NCBI GenBank assembly: GCA_963740315.1
Contig: CAVUDP010000003.1
Coordinates: 96,001 to 160,000, forward strand
DNA length: 64,000 bases
DNA from: an uncultured cyanobacterium
GTDB taxonomy: Bacteria > Cyanobacteriota > Cyanobacteriia > Cyanobacteriales > Nostocaceae
Reading direction: 5' to 3'
Program-made: the position numbers and the translations under genes
Part shown: piece by piece, positions 26,969 through 37,901 of the stretch
How positions within the stretch are numbered: position 1 is the stretch's first letter
Layout: each line of letters opens with the position of its first letter
Notes under the pieces: generated by a model
What the model was told of the DNA's origin: nothing
The model's database searches: none
The model's input: the letters and a program-made list of their open reading frames with translations, nothing else

Positions 26969-29359
26969 TTAAATAACTTCCACAAATACACCGCTGCGGG
27001 CAAACTCTTCCTCTTCGGGAGTGAAGTGGGGATTTTTATCGACAATTTCCGGGTCAAAACGGTAAGTCTCTTGAAGGAATTGTCCGGATATTACAGATGA
27101 TTCTAACTCTTTGATATACTCTTGAGCTAGGGTACACGCCTCTATGATGCCTGACTCTTCGTCTTTATCTAACAGCTTTTGCAGAGTTGCTCTTACTCCC
27201 GCTAACCGCGATGCTGGTTTAAGAATTCCATAGAGACGGTATAAGCGCTCGATGGAAATACTAAGGTGTTTGAACGCTTTGCTTCGTGCGAGTTCGGAGT
27301 CCAGACTGGGCCAGTAACGGGTAGTGTAAAAAGCTTTTTCATCGGTGTGATACCACTCCTCAGAGCGAGCAATGGATGAGGAAACGGTGTTATGTAGTTT
27401 CCAGAAAAATAAGCGCAGGGCAGCACCATCCACAACTGTAGACAGCTTTGCTTCCATCGATACCTCAAAATTGTTAAGCTGCGGATCGCGTCCGAGCAAA
27501 AGATATTCCACGGGGTACATATCTACTTCTTTGTTCTGCACCACATACATATTCAGGTGGTGGCGACAGTAAGGGCAGGGGTACATGGTGGCAAATAGTT
27601 TAAAGAAGTCTTGGAAAACTGCCACCAGTGCTTTTTGCACTTCATGTGGTTTAGTACACAGGATTTCAGCGGTAGTGTGGAAGAAACGCCACACCGCAGG
27701 TCCAATATAATAAGGAAAGCTAACGCGCATCCCGGCATCCTTTACATCACTCCGTGCCAAATATACATCAATGAATGCCACGTATTGTGAGAGCGCCCCT
27801 GACTCACGACCAAACTCTTCGCGTTCGCGCCGTTTCTGCACGCCATTGAGATAGTGATGCGTCAAACCCCATGCTTGCTTAACTGCCAGTTTTTGTTGAG
27901 GAGTGCATTTAGAAAAATTCTCTGCCACATCCGCCCCATAGTGGTCAAATTCTCCCGCTGTTTTAGTATCTTTATACCATTGTTCCAAAGCGGCTTCGTC
28001 AGGTACGGTGTTACTTCGGATCTCTGCGGCATTATCGACACTGAAAGCAGCTAGTAACTTCGGCATAAAATCTTCATACCAATAAGCCACTGGCATCATT
28101 GCACCGTCTATTTCTTCTGAAGCATCGGTAAGAATAACGCGGTTCCACTGCTGGAGGTAATAAGAGGGATCGCCTGCGGATTTAGGGGGAGGTGGGGCAA
28201 GCTCTGCATTAAGTTCCATCTGCCGCAGACGGTTAAGTTCATTGATAGCAAGCACGCCAGAAGCAATGTCGCGAAAGCTGAAATGCTTTTTCTTTAAAGT
28301 AATAGCGAACTCCACCCCTGCGGCAAATTTCTCCTTGACAGAGATGGATTTACGGCGTGCCTCCTGCATGGCTTTTTCCTGGGCTAACATCTGGGGTGTT
28401 TTTTCAATGGCGTTCCAGTTGTCGATACGTGACTTGAGGCGGGTATACTCTTTTTCGATTGATTCAACGACTGCATCTAATAGGGGATGGCAAGCTTTGT
28501 CTACGATATCTAACCCTTTGTATAGTGCGATCGCTTTCTGTACAAACTGCACGAAGTCTGTAATTTTGTAGGGCAAGTCTCTTACGCGCAGGTGGGTTTC
28601 GTGATTGGCGGAGAAACTCTCGCGGAAGCAACGGTAAGCGGCTCCCTGGATCAAGCGAAACAAACCAATCTGCATTTGTAAGCGGGAGGTGGCGCGTTCT
28701 TTTTGCTCTTGTGGGTGTTGTGCTAGAAGTTCTTTGAGGCGTGCTACTTCTGCATTGTCGCTGGGTGTTTCTCGTGCAGGAGATTCGGTAGTTGTAACAA
28801 TAGGTGTGTCAATATCCACCGCTACATCTGAGGTGACGGTGGCTGGATTATTTGTAGGAGAACTGGTAAAAGAAATCTGTAAATCTTTGTAGCCGGTGGT
28901 TATTTCTGACTCTTCTGGAACCAGTTCCATAAACTCTTCAAAGTCAATAGAGGCATCGCCATCGCTATCGACTTCTTTAATCATTTCATCAAGCTCTTCA
29001 TCCGTCAGTCCAAACTGACTCATGACATTGTGCAGTTCGTTTGTCGTAATTTGACCGCTACCATCTTCATCAAACACGCTAAATGCCAACTTGAGACGGC
29101 TTTTGCGATCGCCTTGCCTTGACACTATCAAGGTTTTGAATTCATCAAAATCAATACTGCCACTCAAATCAACGTCCACTTCTTTGATCAGATCGCGCAG
29201 TTCAGTTTTGCTGGGATTTTGCCCTAGCGATCGCATTACTTGCCCCAATTCGGAAGCTGAGATACCACCGCTACCATCCGCATCAAATACTTTGAATGCT
29301 TCCCATAGCTTCGCTACCTCTTCTTCAGTCATGACCTTTTTTTCTACTTCTACTGACAT
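26969..29359 (-). CDS. Calmodulin-like EF-hand protein with C-terminal Erv1/Alr-type sulfhydryl oxidase-like domain
   Basis: Four EF-hand loops (DADGSGGISASE, DVDLSGSIDFDE, DEDGSGQITTNE, DSDGDASIDFEE); C-terminal WRFFHT...YPCPYCRHH...WKLHNTV. Confidence 0.82.
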   Translation of the reverse strand: MSVEVEKKVMTEEEVAKLWEAFKVFDADGSGGISASELGQVMRSLGQNPSKTELRDLIKEVDVDLSGSIDFDEFKTLIVSRQGDRKSRLKLAFSVFDEDGSGQITTNELHNVMSQFGLTDEELDEMIKEVDSDGDASIDFEEFMELVPEESEITTGYKDLQISFTSSPTNNPATVTSDVAVDIDTPIVTTTESPARETPSDNAEVARLKELLAQHPQEQKERATSRLQMQIGLFRLIQGAAYRCFRESFSANHETHLRVRDLPYKITDFVQFVQKAIALYKGLDIVDKACHPLLDAVVESIEKEYTRLKSRIDNWNAIEKTPQMLAQEKAMQEARRKSISVKEKFAAGVEFAITLKKKHFSFRDIASGVLAINELNRLRQMELNAELAPPPPKSAGDPSYYLQQWNRVILTDASEEIDGAMMPVAYWYEDFMPKLLAAFSVDNAAEIRSNTVPDEAALEQWYKDTKTAGEFDHYGADVAENFSKCTPQQKLAVKQAWGLTHHYLNGVQKRREREEFGRESGALSQYVAFIDVYLARSDVKDAGMRVSFPYYIGPAVWRFFHTTAEILCTKPHEVQKALVAVFQDFFKLFATMYPCPYCRHHLNMYVVQNKEVDMYPVEYLLLGRDPQLNNFEVSMEAKLSTVVDGAALRLFFWKLHNTVSSSIARSEEWYHTDEKAFYTTRYWPSLDSELARSKAFKHLSISIERLYRLYGILKPASRLAGVRATLQKLLDKDEESGIIEACTLAQEYIKELESSVISGQFLQETYRFDPEIVDKNPHFTPEEEEFARSGVFVEVI

Positions 29360-29560
29360 CAATTAATACCCCCGATTACTGTTAGCACAATAAGGCAGCA
29401 AAAAACCTTCTATTAACCATCAACGAAATAATAGTCCCATTTTTATATTGAGTTTGCAACAAAAATAATGCAGTATTAAAATTATTTAATTTTATGATTC
29501 GCGACTTTCGATACGAAGAATAATTTTAAAAATGTTCCGCAGATGTAATTATTTCCACTC

Positions 29561-30253
29561 TTACGTTGGACGCTGCAAACTCTCTACAAACTTTTGATGT
29601 TCATCTGTTTGCAAACCTTGCTGCAAGATTGTTAAAACAGAGGCTAAATTACCTTCTCGTAAAGCGTTAACAGATAACCATAAACCTGGAAAAACTTCGC
29701 TACGAATAATACCTGATTTATCAGCTTCTAATGAAATATAGCGACCTTCTTTTAAAATAAACCAGTCCAAACGGTTTTCATACATTTGCCAAACAATATA
29801 TTCTTTGACACCATTGCGACGGTAAGCATTAAGTTTGTCATTGAGGTCGTAAGAAGCACTGCTAGCGGCAACTTCTGCAACCAATTCTGGCGAACCTTCG
29901 ATATAATCATCTTCACTAATGCGAGAATTACCACCAACTTCCGGCTCTATTCTCAATAAAGCATCTGGTTGGGGTTGATTGTCAGCATCTAAGCGGACAG
30001 TAGCATTATCTTGTAAATCTACTCCTGGTGTTGCTGCATAATAAGTTCCTAACCAAGTCATAATTTTCGCATGGGGTCTACCATGTTTTGTCGCACGTAC
30101 AGGTGAAGCCACGTACACAACTCCTTCGATTAATTCTGCTTTCTTAATCTGTATCATGGCTTGGTAGCGATGCTCAAACTCATAGCGCGTTAGGCGATCG
30201 CCATTTTCAAGAGGTGGTACGTTAACAATTGTTGATGTTACTGTCATAATCAA
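29561..30253 (-). CDS. Uma2 family endonuclease
   Basis: LENGDRLTR, AELIEG, PQPDA, PELVAEV, GVKEY. Confidence 0.9.
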   Translation of the reverse strand: MIMTVTSTIVNVPPLENGDRLTRYEFEHRYQAMIQIKKAELIEGVVYVASPVRATKHGRPHAKIMTWLGTYYAATPGVDLQDNATVRLDADNQPQPDALLRIEPEVGGNSRISEDDYIEGSPELVAEVAASSASYDLNDKLNAYRRNGVKEYIVWQMYENRLDWFILKEGRYISLEADKSGIIRSEVFPGLWLSVNALREGNLASVLTILQQGLQTDEHQKFVESLQRPT

Positions 30254-30928
30254 TTACCAGTTATCAATTACGGAAGAATGTGAATTCAATTTTCCCTCAT
30301 TTTACAAGGCTTTTAGAGCCGCATCTCAAATTATCATCCTCCGTAATCGGGCGCATGATAACTTAATTTACCGAAAACATTACTTATAAACCCGACTGCG
30401 TTGCCCTCTCCAAGTTTCTCGGTTGTTAAAAACAAGCGATTGACCTCAATTTTTAATAATAGGTTTTATTTATTACAAACCCATCCTATATAATCCCCCA
30501 TATAATGAGATAATTACTTACTTTTTCCTATTTCTGGTATATATAATTCCTTGTCTTTTTTTTAGATAAAAATACCGCAAAATTTTTTATTAGTAACGCT
30601 TTTGTGGTACTATTTATCGTATAGAGCATTTTTAATAATGGAAAGGTTTGCCTTATTTAAAAATTTTACAGACATCCCATTATTAAAAAAATATACTCTG
30701 TTAGTTTTTTCAATTATCCCACATTCTCACCATTTAAATTTTTTCAATCAAATAAAATTGAGAAAATTTTTGAATTAATTATTTTAATAGAATGAATAGA
30801 ATGACATGGCGCTAAAGATATTTGAATTCACATACTTACGTCAATTATCAATTATCCGCTCTGTTGCATGGTTAACTCTATCCTAATATTGACTTTTAAC
30901 TAATTCACAATCTAAAATCTAAAATCCT

Positions 30929-31348
30929 ATGTCTAACCAAATAATCTGGGTACATGGTGACTGTCTAAGTCCGAAAAACCCCGCACTTGATGAATTTCCC
31001 AATACTCCCGCTATCTGGGTTTGGGATGATGCATTATTAGAAGAATGGCAAATCAGTCTTAAACGTATCGCTTTTATTTACGAATGCTTGCTAGAATTAC
31101 CCGTTGTCATTCGTCGTGGTGATGTTGCGAAAGAAGTTTTAGCTTTTGCAGAAGAACATAATGTTAATAAAGTTGTTACAGTAGATAGTCCGAGTCCGCG
31201 TTTTAATACTATTTGCAACGAAATTGAAAATTCAAAAGAATTAGAGATATTTGAAGTCGAACCATTTTTTGAATATGACGGTTTTATCGACCTCAAGCGC
31301 TTTTCTCGTTACTGGAAAGTCGCTCAAAAATACGTATTTGAACAGTGA
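30929..31348 (+). CDS. Photolyase N-terminal-domain-like small protein
   Basis: IIWVHGDCL...NPAL, WVWDD, KRIAFIYECL, RFSRYW. Confidence 0.7.
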   Translation: MSNQIIWVHGDCLSPKNPALDEFPNTPAIWVWDDALLEEWQISLKRIAFIYECLLELPVVIRRGDVAKEVLAFAEEHNVNKVVTVDSPSPRFNTICNEIENSKELEIFEVEPFFEYDGFIDLKRFSRYWKVAQKYVFEQ

Positions 31349-31591
31349 ACAGTGAACAGTTAGCAGTGAACAGTTAGCAGTTAGCAGTTAACAGTTAGCA
31401 GTTAGCAGTTACCAATATATCTTCTCCTGTTCCCCATTCTCTATTCCCCATTCCCTGTTCCCTATTTCCTACTCGCCAACAAATTACAACTACCTAGAGT
31501 TAGAAGTATCAAGGGGATACATTCATTAAATAAATAAGCTAATCTGAGTAGACAAAACTTTTATTAATATTTGTCTGCTGGAGAATATATA

Positions 31592-32617
31592 GTGATTCAA
31601 TCTCTGCCAATTGGTATTACTTTATTTGCGATCGCTGCGATCGTAATTGGCTTGGTGGGTACCAAGATGTGTAAGGTTGCTGACCAATTAGCGGATGCTA
31701 CTGGTTGGGGAGAAGCTATAGTTGGTGCTGTTTTTCTGGGTGGTAGCACTTCTTTAGCGGGGATTGTCACTTCTGTAACTGCTGCTTTCGGTGGTCATGC
31801 GGAATTGGCTGTTAGTAATGCACTTGGAGGTATCGCCGCACAAACTGCATTTTTAGCAGTTGCCGATATCTTTTATCGCAAAGCTAACTTGGAACACGCT
31901 GCTGCTTCGATCGCAAATCTGACACAGGGAACTTTGCTGATGACTTTTTTGGCTATTCCCTTGCTTGCGACTTCTACTCCACAAGTTAGTTTTTGGGGAA
32001 TTCATCCTGCATCCCTTGTGATTATCACTGCTTATCTATTTGGACTGCGTTTGGTTTCTCAAGCTGAAGAAAAGCAGATGTGGAAACCGCGACAAACAGA
32101 AAAAACTGAATTAGATATACCATCGGAAACAACCGATATTAATGTTAATTTAACTTCACTTTGGCTAGAGTTTTTTGTATATGCGGTAATTCTAGCTTTG
32201 GCTGGCTATTTAATTGCTCAAAGTGGTGTATTTATTGCAGTTCAAACTGGATTATCAGAATCTTTAGTTGGTGGTTTATTTACAGCAGTATCAACATCTT
32301 TACCCGAACTTGTAGTTACTGTCGCAGCGGTAAGACAAGGAGCGTTAACTTTAGCTGTTGGCGGTATTATCGGCGGTAATTGTTTTGACGTATTATTATT
32401 AGCTTTTTCTGATATTGCTTTTCGTAGTGGTTCTATTTATGCTATTATTTCTGAACGTCAGATTTTCGTTATTTCCTTAACAATTCTGATGACGGGGACA
32501 TTATTGTTAGGACTTCTTCAGCGCGAGAAATACGGTATAGGTAATATTGGTTTTGAAAGTTTTCTAATTCTAGTTCTTTACATAGGTGGAATTGCATTAC
32601 TTATTTCACCATTCTAG
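31592..32617 (+). CDS. Sodium:calcium antiporter (YrbG-like)
   Basis: Two alpha-repeat motifs (GSTSLAG...SNALGG; STSLPEL...GGIIGGN). Confidence 0.88.
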   Translation: MIQSLPIGITLFAIAAIVIGLVGTKMCKVADQLADATGWGEAIVGAVFLGGSTSLAGIVTSVTAAFGGHAELAVSNALGGIAAQTAFLAVADIFYRKANLEHAAASIANLTQGTLLMTFLAIPLLATSTPQVSFWGIHPASLVIITAYLFGLRLVSQAEEKQMWKPRQTEKTELDIPSETTDINVNLTSLWLEFFVYAVILALAGYLIAQSGVFIAVQTGLSESLVGGLFTAVSTSLPELVVTVAAVRQGALTLAVGGIIGGNCFDVLLLAFSDIAFRSGSIYAIISERQIFVISLTILMTGTLLLGLLQREKYGIGNIGFESFLILVLYIGGIALLISPF

Positions 32618-32810
32618 GGAAGAGATGGGGAGAGGGGGTTCGGGGGTTCGGGGGAGATGGTAAGCCACTGCGCCCTCGCGGGTTCCCCGACTTGTAGCAA
32701 GTGGCGCAACCCGTTACTCTAACGAGTCGTGCCGCGCTGAACACGCGGAGCGTGCGGCGAGCGGGGGAGATGGGGAGATGGGGAGAGGGGGAGATGGGGA
32801 GACAAGGGGA
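32618..32810. repeat. GGGGAGA(T/G) tandem array interrupted by GC-rich palindromic small repeats
   Basis: GCCACT...AGTGGC and GCCGC...GCGGC hairpins sit inside the 8-mer array. Confidence 0.65.
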
Positions 32811-32898
32811 ATTTTAACATGCAGACCTTTAACCTTTAACATGCAGACCTGATTTACTCCTAACTCCTCATTCCTAACTCCTCTTAATCCCCTATTCC

Positions 32899-33294
32899 CT
32901 AACTTAAATCTTCAATTAATTTAATTACCCTTTCTTTAACTTGCTCGCGAATGCGTCTATATGTCTGGATATCTCCACCTTCTGGATCTTCTAATTGCCA
33001 ATCTTCAAATACTTCTCTTGTTACCCATTCAGGTGGTAAATTTACTCCACAACCACATAAAGATATTACAGCATCGTAATCTTCGGGATTAAATTCGCTT
33101 AAAGCTTTCGATCCTTGATTGCTAATATCAATACCAATTTCAGACATAATTTCTAGGGTTTTGGGATCTACAAAACTCGCTTCTAAACCGGAGCTGGTAA
33201 CGCCTATTTTACCTTCTCCTAATTTACGAGCGAATGCTTCTGCCATTTGAGAACGGCGAGAGTTCTTTTTACAAACAAACATGACTTTTTTCAT
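32899..33294 (-). CDS. arsC: Arsenate reductase (LMW-PTP fold, cyanobacterial type)
   Basis: VCKKNSRRSQMAE, SLCGCG, DWQLEDP. Confidence 0.92.
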   Translation of the reverse strand: MKKVMFVCKKNSRRSQMAEAFARKLGEGKIGVTSSGLEASFVDPKTLEIMSEIGIDISNQGSKALSEFNPEDYDAVISLCGCGVNLPPEWVTREVFEDWQLEDPEGGDIQTYRRIREQVKERVIKLIEDLS

Positions 33295-33387
33295 TTTATT
33301 CCCCTAATACAAGATGAGAATTTGAATTTAAAATAATAAAAGATATAATCTCAAAATATTTATTACCTATCACCCATTACCCATTAC

Positions 33388-34002
33388 TTATTCTTTATCT
33401 TTCTCTTTTCGTTCGCTATAACGGTCTGTGAGATAATCAACTTTATCCCGTAATAGTATGGTGAATTTGTATAATTCTTCCATAACGTCAATTACTCTAT
33501 CCCGATAAGGTGAATCTTTCATGGTTCCATCTTCGTTAAACTCTTGGTAAGCTTTAGCAACGGAAGATTGATTGGGAATTGTAAACATCCGCATCCAACG
33601 CCCTAAAAGCCTCATGGAATTAACAGCATTGAAAGACTGAGAACCGCCGCTTACCTGCATTATCGCTAAAGTTCTTCCTTGAGTTGGTCTAACTGCTCCT
33701 ATATTTAAAGGAATCCAGTCAATTTGATTTTTGATAATCCCGGTAAGATTACCGTGCATTTCTGGAGATGTCCAAACTTGACCTTCTGACCATAAACTCA
33801 ATTCCTGCAATTCTTGCACCTTGGGATGTGTGTCCGGAACGCTACCCCGAATCGGTAATTCGCGGGGATCGAAAAACTTGACTTCTGCACCGAATCCTTC
33901 AATAATCCGCGCTGCTTCTTCTGCTAACAAACGACTGTAAGAACGCTCTCGCAGCGAACCATATAAAAACAATATTCTTGGTTTGTGTTCAAAATTTGTC
34001 AT
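33388..34002 (-). CDS. arsH: Arsenical resistance flavoprotein ArsH
   Basis: [35 protein letters not shown]. Confidence 0.95.
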   Translation of the reverse strand: MTNFEHKPRILFLYGSLRERSYSRLLAEEAARIIEGFGAEVKFFDPRELPIRGSVPDTHPKVQELQELSLWSEGQVWTSPEMHGNLTGIIKNQIDWIPLNIGAVRPTQGRTLAIMQVSGGSQSFNAVNSMRLLGRWMRMFTIPNQSSVAKAYQEFNEDGTMKDSPYRDRVIDVMEELYKFTILLRDKVDYLTDRYSERKEKDKE

Positions 34003-34031
34003 ATATTCAATTATCAATTACCAATTACCAA

Positions 34032-34745
34032 TTACTTCAGATCCCGAAATCCGTAAGAAAGATGTCGATAAATAATTACCGCTAACTGCGCTCCCATAAT
34101 TGGTGCTATCCAATAAACCCAGTGATGTTGCCAAATTCCTGCAATTAGAGCAGGACCAAATGAACGGGCTGGATTCATACTTGCACCAGTTATAGGTCCC
34201 ATAAAAGCCGCTTCTAAACCTACCGTCAAGCCAATTGCTAATCCTGCAAAACCCAGGGGTGCGCGTCGATCGAGTCCCGATCCAAAAATTACGAACATCA
34301 AGATGAAAGTGAGTACTAACTCTAAAACAAAGGATTGCAACCAATTACCATCCAAGGGCAAAGTTGCACCTAAATTGGCAACATTTCCCAAACTGAGAAA
34401 AAGTAAGGCTGAAGCCAATACCGCGCCAATTAACTGTGCCAAAATATACGGAATCACTAAGCGTCTGGGAAAAAAGCCACTCGTCCAGAATGCTAAAGTT
34501 ACTGCCGGGTTAAAGTGTGCGCCGCTAATATGTCCCAAGCTGTAAATCATCGCTGCAACAACGGCACCGAAGACAAAACTGATGCCCAAATGAGTGATAC
34601 TACCATCGGTAATAGTATTAACCATTACTGCACCAGTACCGGCAAATACTAAGATAAAAGTACCAATACCTTCTGCTAACGCTTCTCTCTTGCAAAGACT
34701 ACCCAATAAGTTTAGACGCGAATGCTGCTTTACAATTGTATCCAT
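34032..34745 (-). CDS. MIP family aquaporin/aquaglyceroporin (likely arsenite channel)
   Basis: SGAHFNPAVT and GASMNPARS NPA motifs; first gene of the ars cluster. Confidence 0.9.
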   Translation of the reverse strand: MDTIVKQHSRLNLLGSLCKREALAEGIGTFILVFAGTGAVMVNTITDGSITHLGISFVFGAVVAAMIYSLGHISGAHFNPAVTLAFWTSGFFPRRLVIPYILAQLIGAVLASALLFLSLGNVANLGATLPLDGNWLQSFVLELVLTFILMFVIFGSGLDRRAPLGFAGLAIGLTVGLEAAFMGPITGASMNPARSFGPALIAGIWQHHWVYWIAPIMGAQLAVIIYRHLSYGFRDLK

Positions 34746-34797
34746 ACCTTTTGCTGGCACGTTAGCGCCTAAAATTTAAAACACGCTTCACATAAAT

Positions 34798-34827
34798 AGA
34801 TTATTTCAAAAAAAGTTGATATGTCAA
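34798..34827 (-). promoter_or_regulatory. ars promoter with ArsR-type operator
   Basis: TTGACA-N18-TAATCT with ATCAACTTTTTTTGAAA (ATCAA-N6-TTGA-like) in the spacer. Confidence 0.6.
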
Positions 34828-34959
34828 GCAGTTAATGAGTTAGGTAATTACCGAATCCCTTCAATATACATGATTATGATGATTTTTTTATTTTTTTCAC
34901 CAAAGCAGGTAGTGTAGAGACTTGGCGATCGCAAAGTCTCTCTATTTTACGTTTTATAT

Positions 34960-35772
34960 TCAAAGCTGCTCAAATAAAGCATTCCAATCAACAACCGACG
35001 GTCTTTGCCCCTTATTAACAATTTCAAAAGCTTTGTTATAACAATTTGAATTATTCAGACATTCTACACAAGCGTTTGCAACATCAATTCGACTAGTGTC
35101 TCCTGTAAGTTTATCACCAGTTCCCAACACTACATCTAATTTCCCGTCGGTTTTTGCTCTCAATAAAGTGTTAAGGTCATAGGAAGTAAATGGACCATCT
35201 ATTAAACGTCCGGGACGGATTATTGTATAAGGTAAATTTGAATTTTTAATAGTTTGTTCTGCTTGTTGTTTTGCGTCAAGAATGCCATAGCTATTTAAAA
35301 TACTGTAAGGAAACTCGTTTTTACGTTCGACTCCACAGGAAGAGATAAAAACAAATTGCTTTAAATCTTTTGGTGCAACTTCTATTAAATTACTTACACC
35401 CTGAGCATCAACTTTCATCGGACTGTTTTTAGCTTTGGCTTTCGCTTCTTCAGGGTTAAAAAATAATCCAAAATATTCCAGAAAATTAGGATTGTTTTCA
35501 AAATCCCATCTTTCGGAAGGAAAAGCAGTTGTTCCGCTACAGCAAATAATATGAGTTACATTTGCCAAAGAGTCTCTTATTGTTTCGAGATTGCGGATAT
35601 CTCCAACAGCAATTTCTACTTTACCCGCAAACATATTTTCGGCTTTTGATGCATTGCGCGTCAAAACGCGAACTTTCAAATTTTTATCGAGTAACTTTGC
35701 TACCGTTAATTGTCCAACTCCACCCGTAGCACCAGCAACTAATACTAAATCTTCTGAAATACCTGAAGTCAT
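34960..35772 (-). CDS. NAD(P)-binding atypical SDR oxidoreductase
   Basis: VLVAGATGGVG, YTIIRPGRL, SRIDVA. Confidence 0.88.
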   Translation of the reverse strand: MTSGISEDLVLVAGATGGVGQLTVAKLLDKNLKVRVLTRNASKAENMFAGKVEIAVGDIRNLETIRDSLANVTHIICCSGTTAFPSERWDFENNPNFLEYFGLFFNPEEAKAKAKNSPMKVDAQGVSNLIEVAPKDLKQFVFISSCGVERKNEFPYSILNSYGILDAKQQAEQTIKNSNLPYTIIRPGRLIDGPFTSYDLNTLLRAKTDGKLDVVLGTGDKLTGDTSRIDVANACVECLNNSNCYNKAFEIVNKGQRPSVVDWNALFEQL

Positions 35773-35879
35773 GATTTTTTATTGAGGGATAAATATAAAT
35801 AATAGACAAGTTGTCTGTACTACGAAAATACCGGATAAATTAACTAATATTAACGCAACTGACATATTACTTTAAGTTT

Positions 35880-35926
35880 GTAGTAGGGACTTTAGTCCCA
35901 ATTGCGAGGGCTAAAGCCCTTACTAC
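35880..35926. repeat. REP-like palindrome
   Basis: GTAGTAGGGACTTTAGTCC...GGGCTAAAGCCCTTACTAC. Confidence 0.65.
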
Positions 35927-35990
35927 GAACAAAAAATCTATTTTGATTTGAATATATTCCCAAGTATGTGCTACCCCGATTTATTAATTT

Positions 35991-36212
35991 TCAAGCTTTA
36001 GTCGATGATGGTTTGAGAAATAGCCATGCGACAAAAAATGTCGCTGCTGTAAACAGTTGAGTTATATCTAATGCTGATAAATAACCATCTGACAACGTTG
36101 CAATACTTCTGTCTATAATCCCAAATAGCCAAGATGATACGCCAAATAACCAAATCCCATTTTTGAGATTTCTAATAAATCTTTTCGCTTCTGGCGATTT
36201 TTGATTATTCAT
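35991..36212 (-). CDS. Small hypothetical membrane protein
   Basis: 73 aa with two hydrophobic segments; ATG preceded by AGGA. Confidence 0.65.
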   Translation of the reverse strand: MNNQKSPEAKRFIRNLKNGIWLFGVSSWLFGIIDRSIATLSDGYLSALDITQLFTAATFFVAWLFLKPSSTKA

Positions 36213-36607
36213 AATGTCCTATTCTGTTGAAAAAAATAGCAAGCAATGAGTATGAGTGCCCCGATACATCTTTACGATTCTTAATTTATTGTCTATATGT
36301 TAATAAATATTTCCGTGGCTTGACAGATGTTATTTGATACAAAACCAAAACTATATTTAGGAATGTCGATTGTAAATCTATTGTCTAAGTAGTTCTGTAC
36401 CAAATTTGACTAAAGGCTTCACAAAACTTTAATTTTCTTAAAATAATTCTACTTAGAGGAGTTATAAATTATTACACCTTTGACCTGATAACTGTCTCTA
36501 GGCTTAGGATGGTTATGTCTTGCGATACTGATAATTGCAAGGTTTAAGTAGTTCAATAGAACTAATGAAGGTATGTAACTAATTGTAACTAATTATTAAC
36601 TAAAAAA

Positions 36608-37552
36608 ATGACTGCAACCCAGCTTGAATCGGCATCAGCGCAATCGAACCATAAAACGACTTCGCCGGAGTTGGGGCTGGTTTGCATCACTGCTTCTAAA
36701 GAGGTGCGTTTTCGGACGATAACCCGCACTCGTTATTTAGAGTTTGGTGAAAAAGAACGTAATATCGCTCTCAAGTCAATTTATACAGATAATTTACAAC
36801 GGTTGAATTCTGCATTAACTTTTTGCGATCGCCATTCAATTAAACTTTATCGGATGACTTCTAATTTGTTTCCTCTATGCGATATAGAAGATGGAATTGG
36901 CAAGGATTTATTAGAGTCAATGAGCGCAGATTTAGCCAAAATTGGTGAAAGAGCGGCGAAATTGGGTATCAGAATGGTACTGCATCCCGATCAATTTGTA
37001 GTGTTGAGTTCTGAAAAGCCGCAAGTTGTAGAAAACAGCATCCAAATTTTACAAAGCCATGCCCGTATTTTAGATATGTTGGGTTTACCTCGTTCGTCGT
37101 GGGCTTTGATGAATGTTCATGGTGGTAAATCTGGGCGTGGTAAGGAATTGGTAGAGGTAATTTCACAGCTACCGGAAAATATTAAAAGCCGTTTGACTTT
37201 AGAAAATGATGAAAATGCCTATAGCAGCAGCGAGCTTTTAAAAGTTTGTCAAAGTGCTGGAATTCCGTTGGTATTTGATGCTCATCACCATATTTGTCAC
37301 GAAAAACTTGATAGTTACGACTCGGAAAGCGTTGCCGAAATGTTTTATGCAGCCAAAGAAACTTGGGAAAATCCAGATTGGCAGTTAGTTCATATTTCTA
37401 ATGGAAAAGATGCTTTTAACGATAGAAAGCATAGCGACTTGATTACCGATATGCCTGCTTGTTACCGTGAAGCACCTTGGATAGAAGTTGAAGCTAAAAC
37501 TAAAGAAGAGGCGATCGCACATCTACGGGAATGGTGGGAAAAAGAAAGTTAG
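36608..37552 (+). CDS. uvsE: UV DNA damage endonuclease UvsE
   Basis: LYRMTS, HPDQFVVL, NVHGG, LTLEND, VFDAHHH, HSD, EVEAK. Confidence 0.93.
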   Translation: MTATQLESASAQSNHKTTSPELGLVCITASKEVRFRTITRTRYLEFGEKERNIALKSIYTDNLQRLNSALTFCDRHSIKLYRMTSNLFPLCDIEDGIGKDLLESMSADLAKIGERAAKLGIRMVLHPDQFVVLSSEKPQVVENSIQILQSHARILDMLGLPRSSWALMNVHGGKSGRGKELVEVISQLPENIKSRLTLENDENAYSSSELLKVCQSAGIPLVFDAHHHICHEKLDSYDSESVAEMFYAAKETWENPDWQLVHISNGKDAFNDRKHSDLITDMPACYREAPWIEVEAKTKEEAIAHLREWWEKES

Positions 37553-37657
37553 GAGTTTTCTAATTTTAGATTTTGGATTCTGGATTTTGGATTAGAATTT
37601 AAGATTCTATTTGATGGCTTGCTTTTCGTGATGCTGCAATAATTAAACAAGATAATG

Positions 37658-37897
37658 GTAGGTTGGGTTAGATGCACGAAAAATTAAAAGATAAACTAAT
37701 TAATTCGTATTGCATCGTAACCCAACATCAACATTTGGATTTCCGATAAATTATCCAACGTAGATTTTTAAATGAAGCGAGTTATTTCGTTGGATGTTTA
37801 ATATTATTTTGAATTGAATTATTTCGTTGAGTTTTCTAGATTATGTTGGGTTATGCCTTCGGCACACCTACGGTGAACGTTCCTCAACCCAACCTAC
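37658..37897. mobile_element. REP/MITE-like element (GTAGGTTGGGTT family)
   Basis: Termini GTAGGTTGGGTT/AACCCAACCTAC; small palindromic insertion TGCCTTCGGCA in the right arm. Confidence 0.7.
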
Positions 37898-37901
37898 GAA
37901 C

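Noticed and set aside
30300..30430. Possible decayed kinase fragment (KLGEG-like) on the minus strand
   Set aside because: Too short and degenerate to support without a search.
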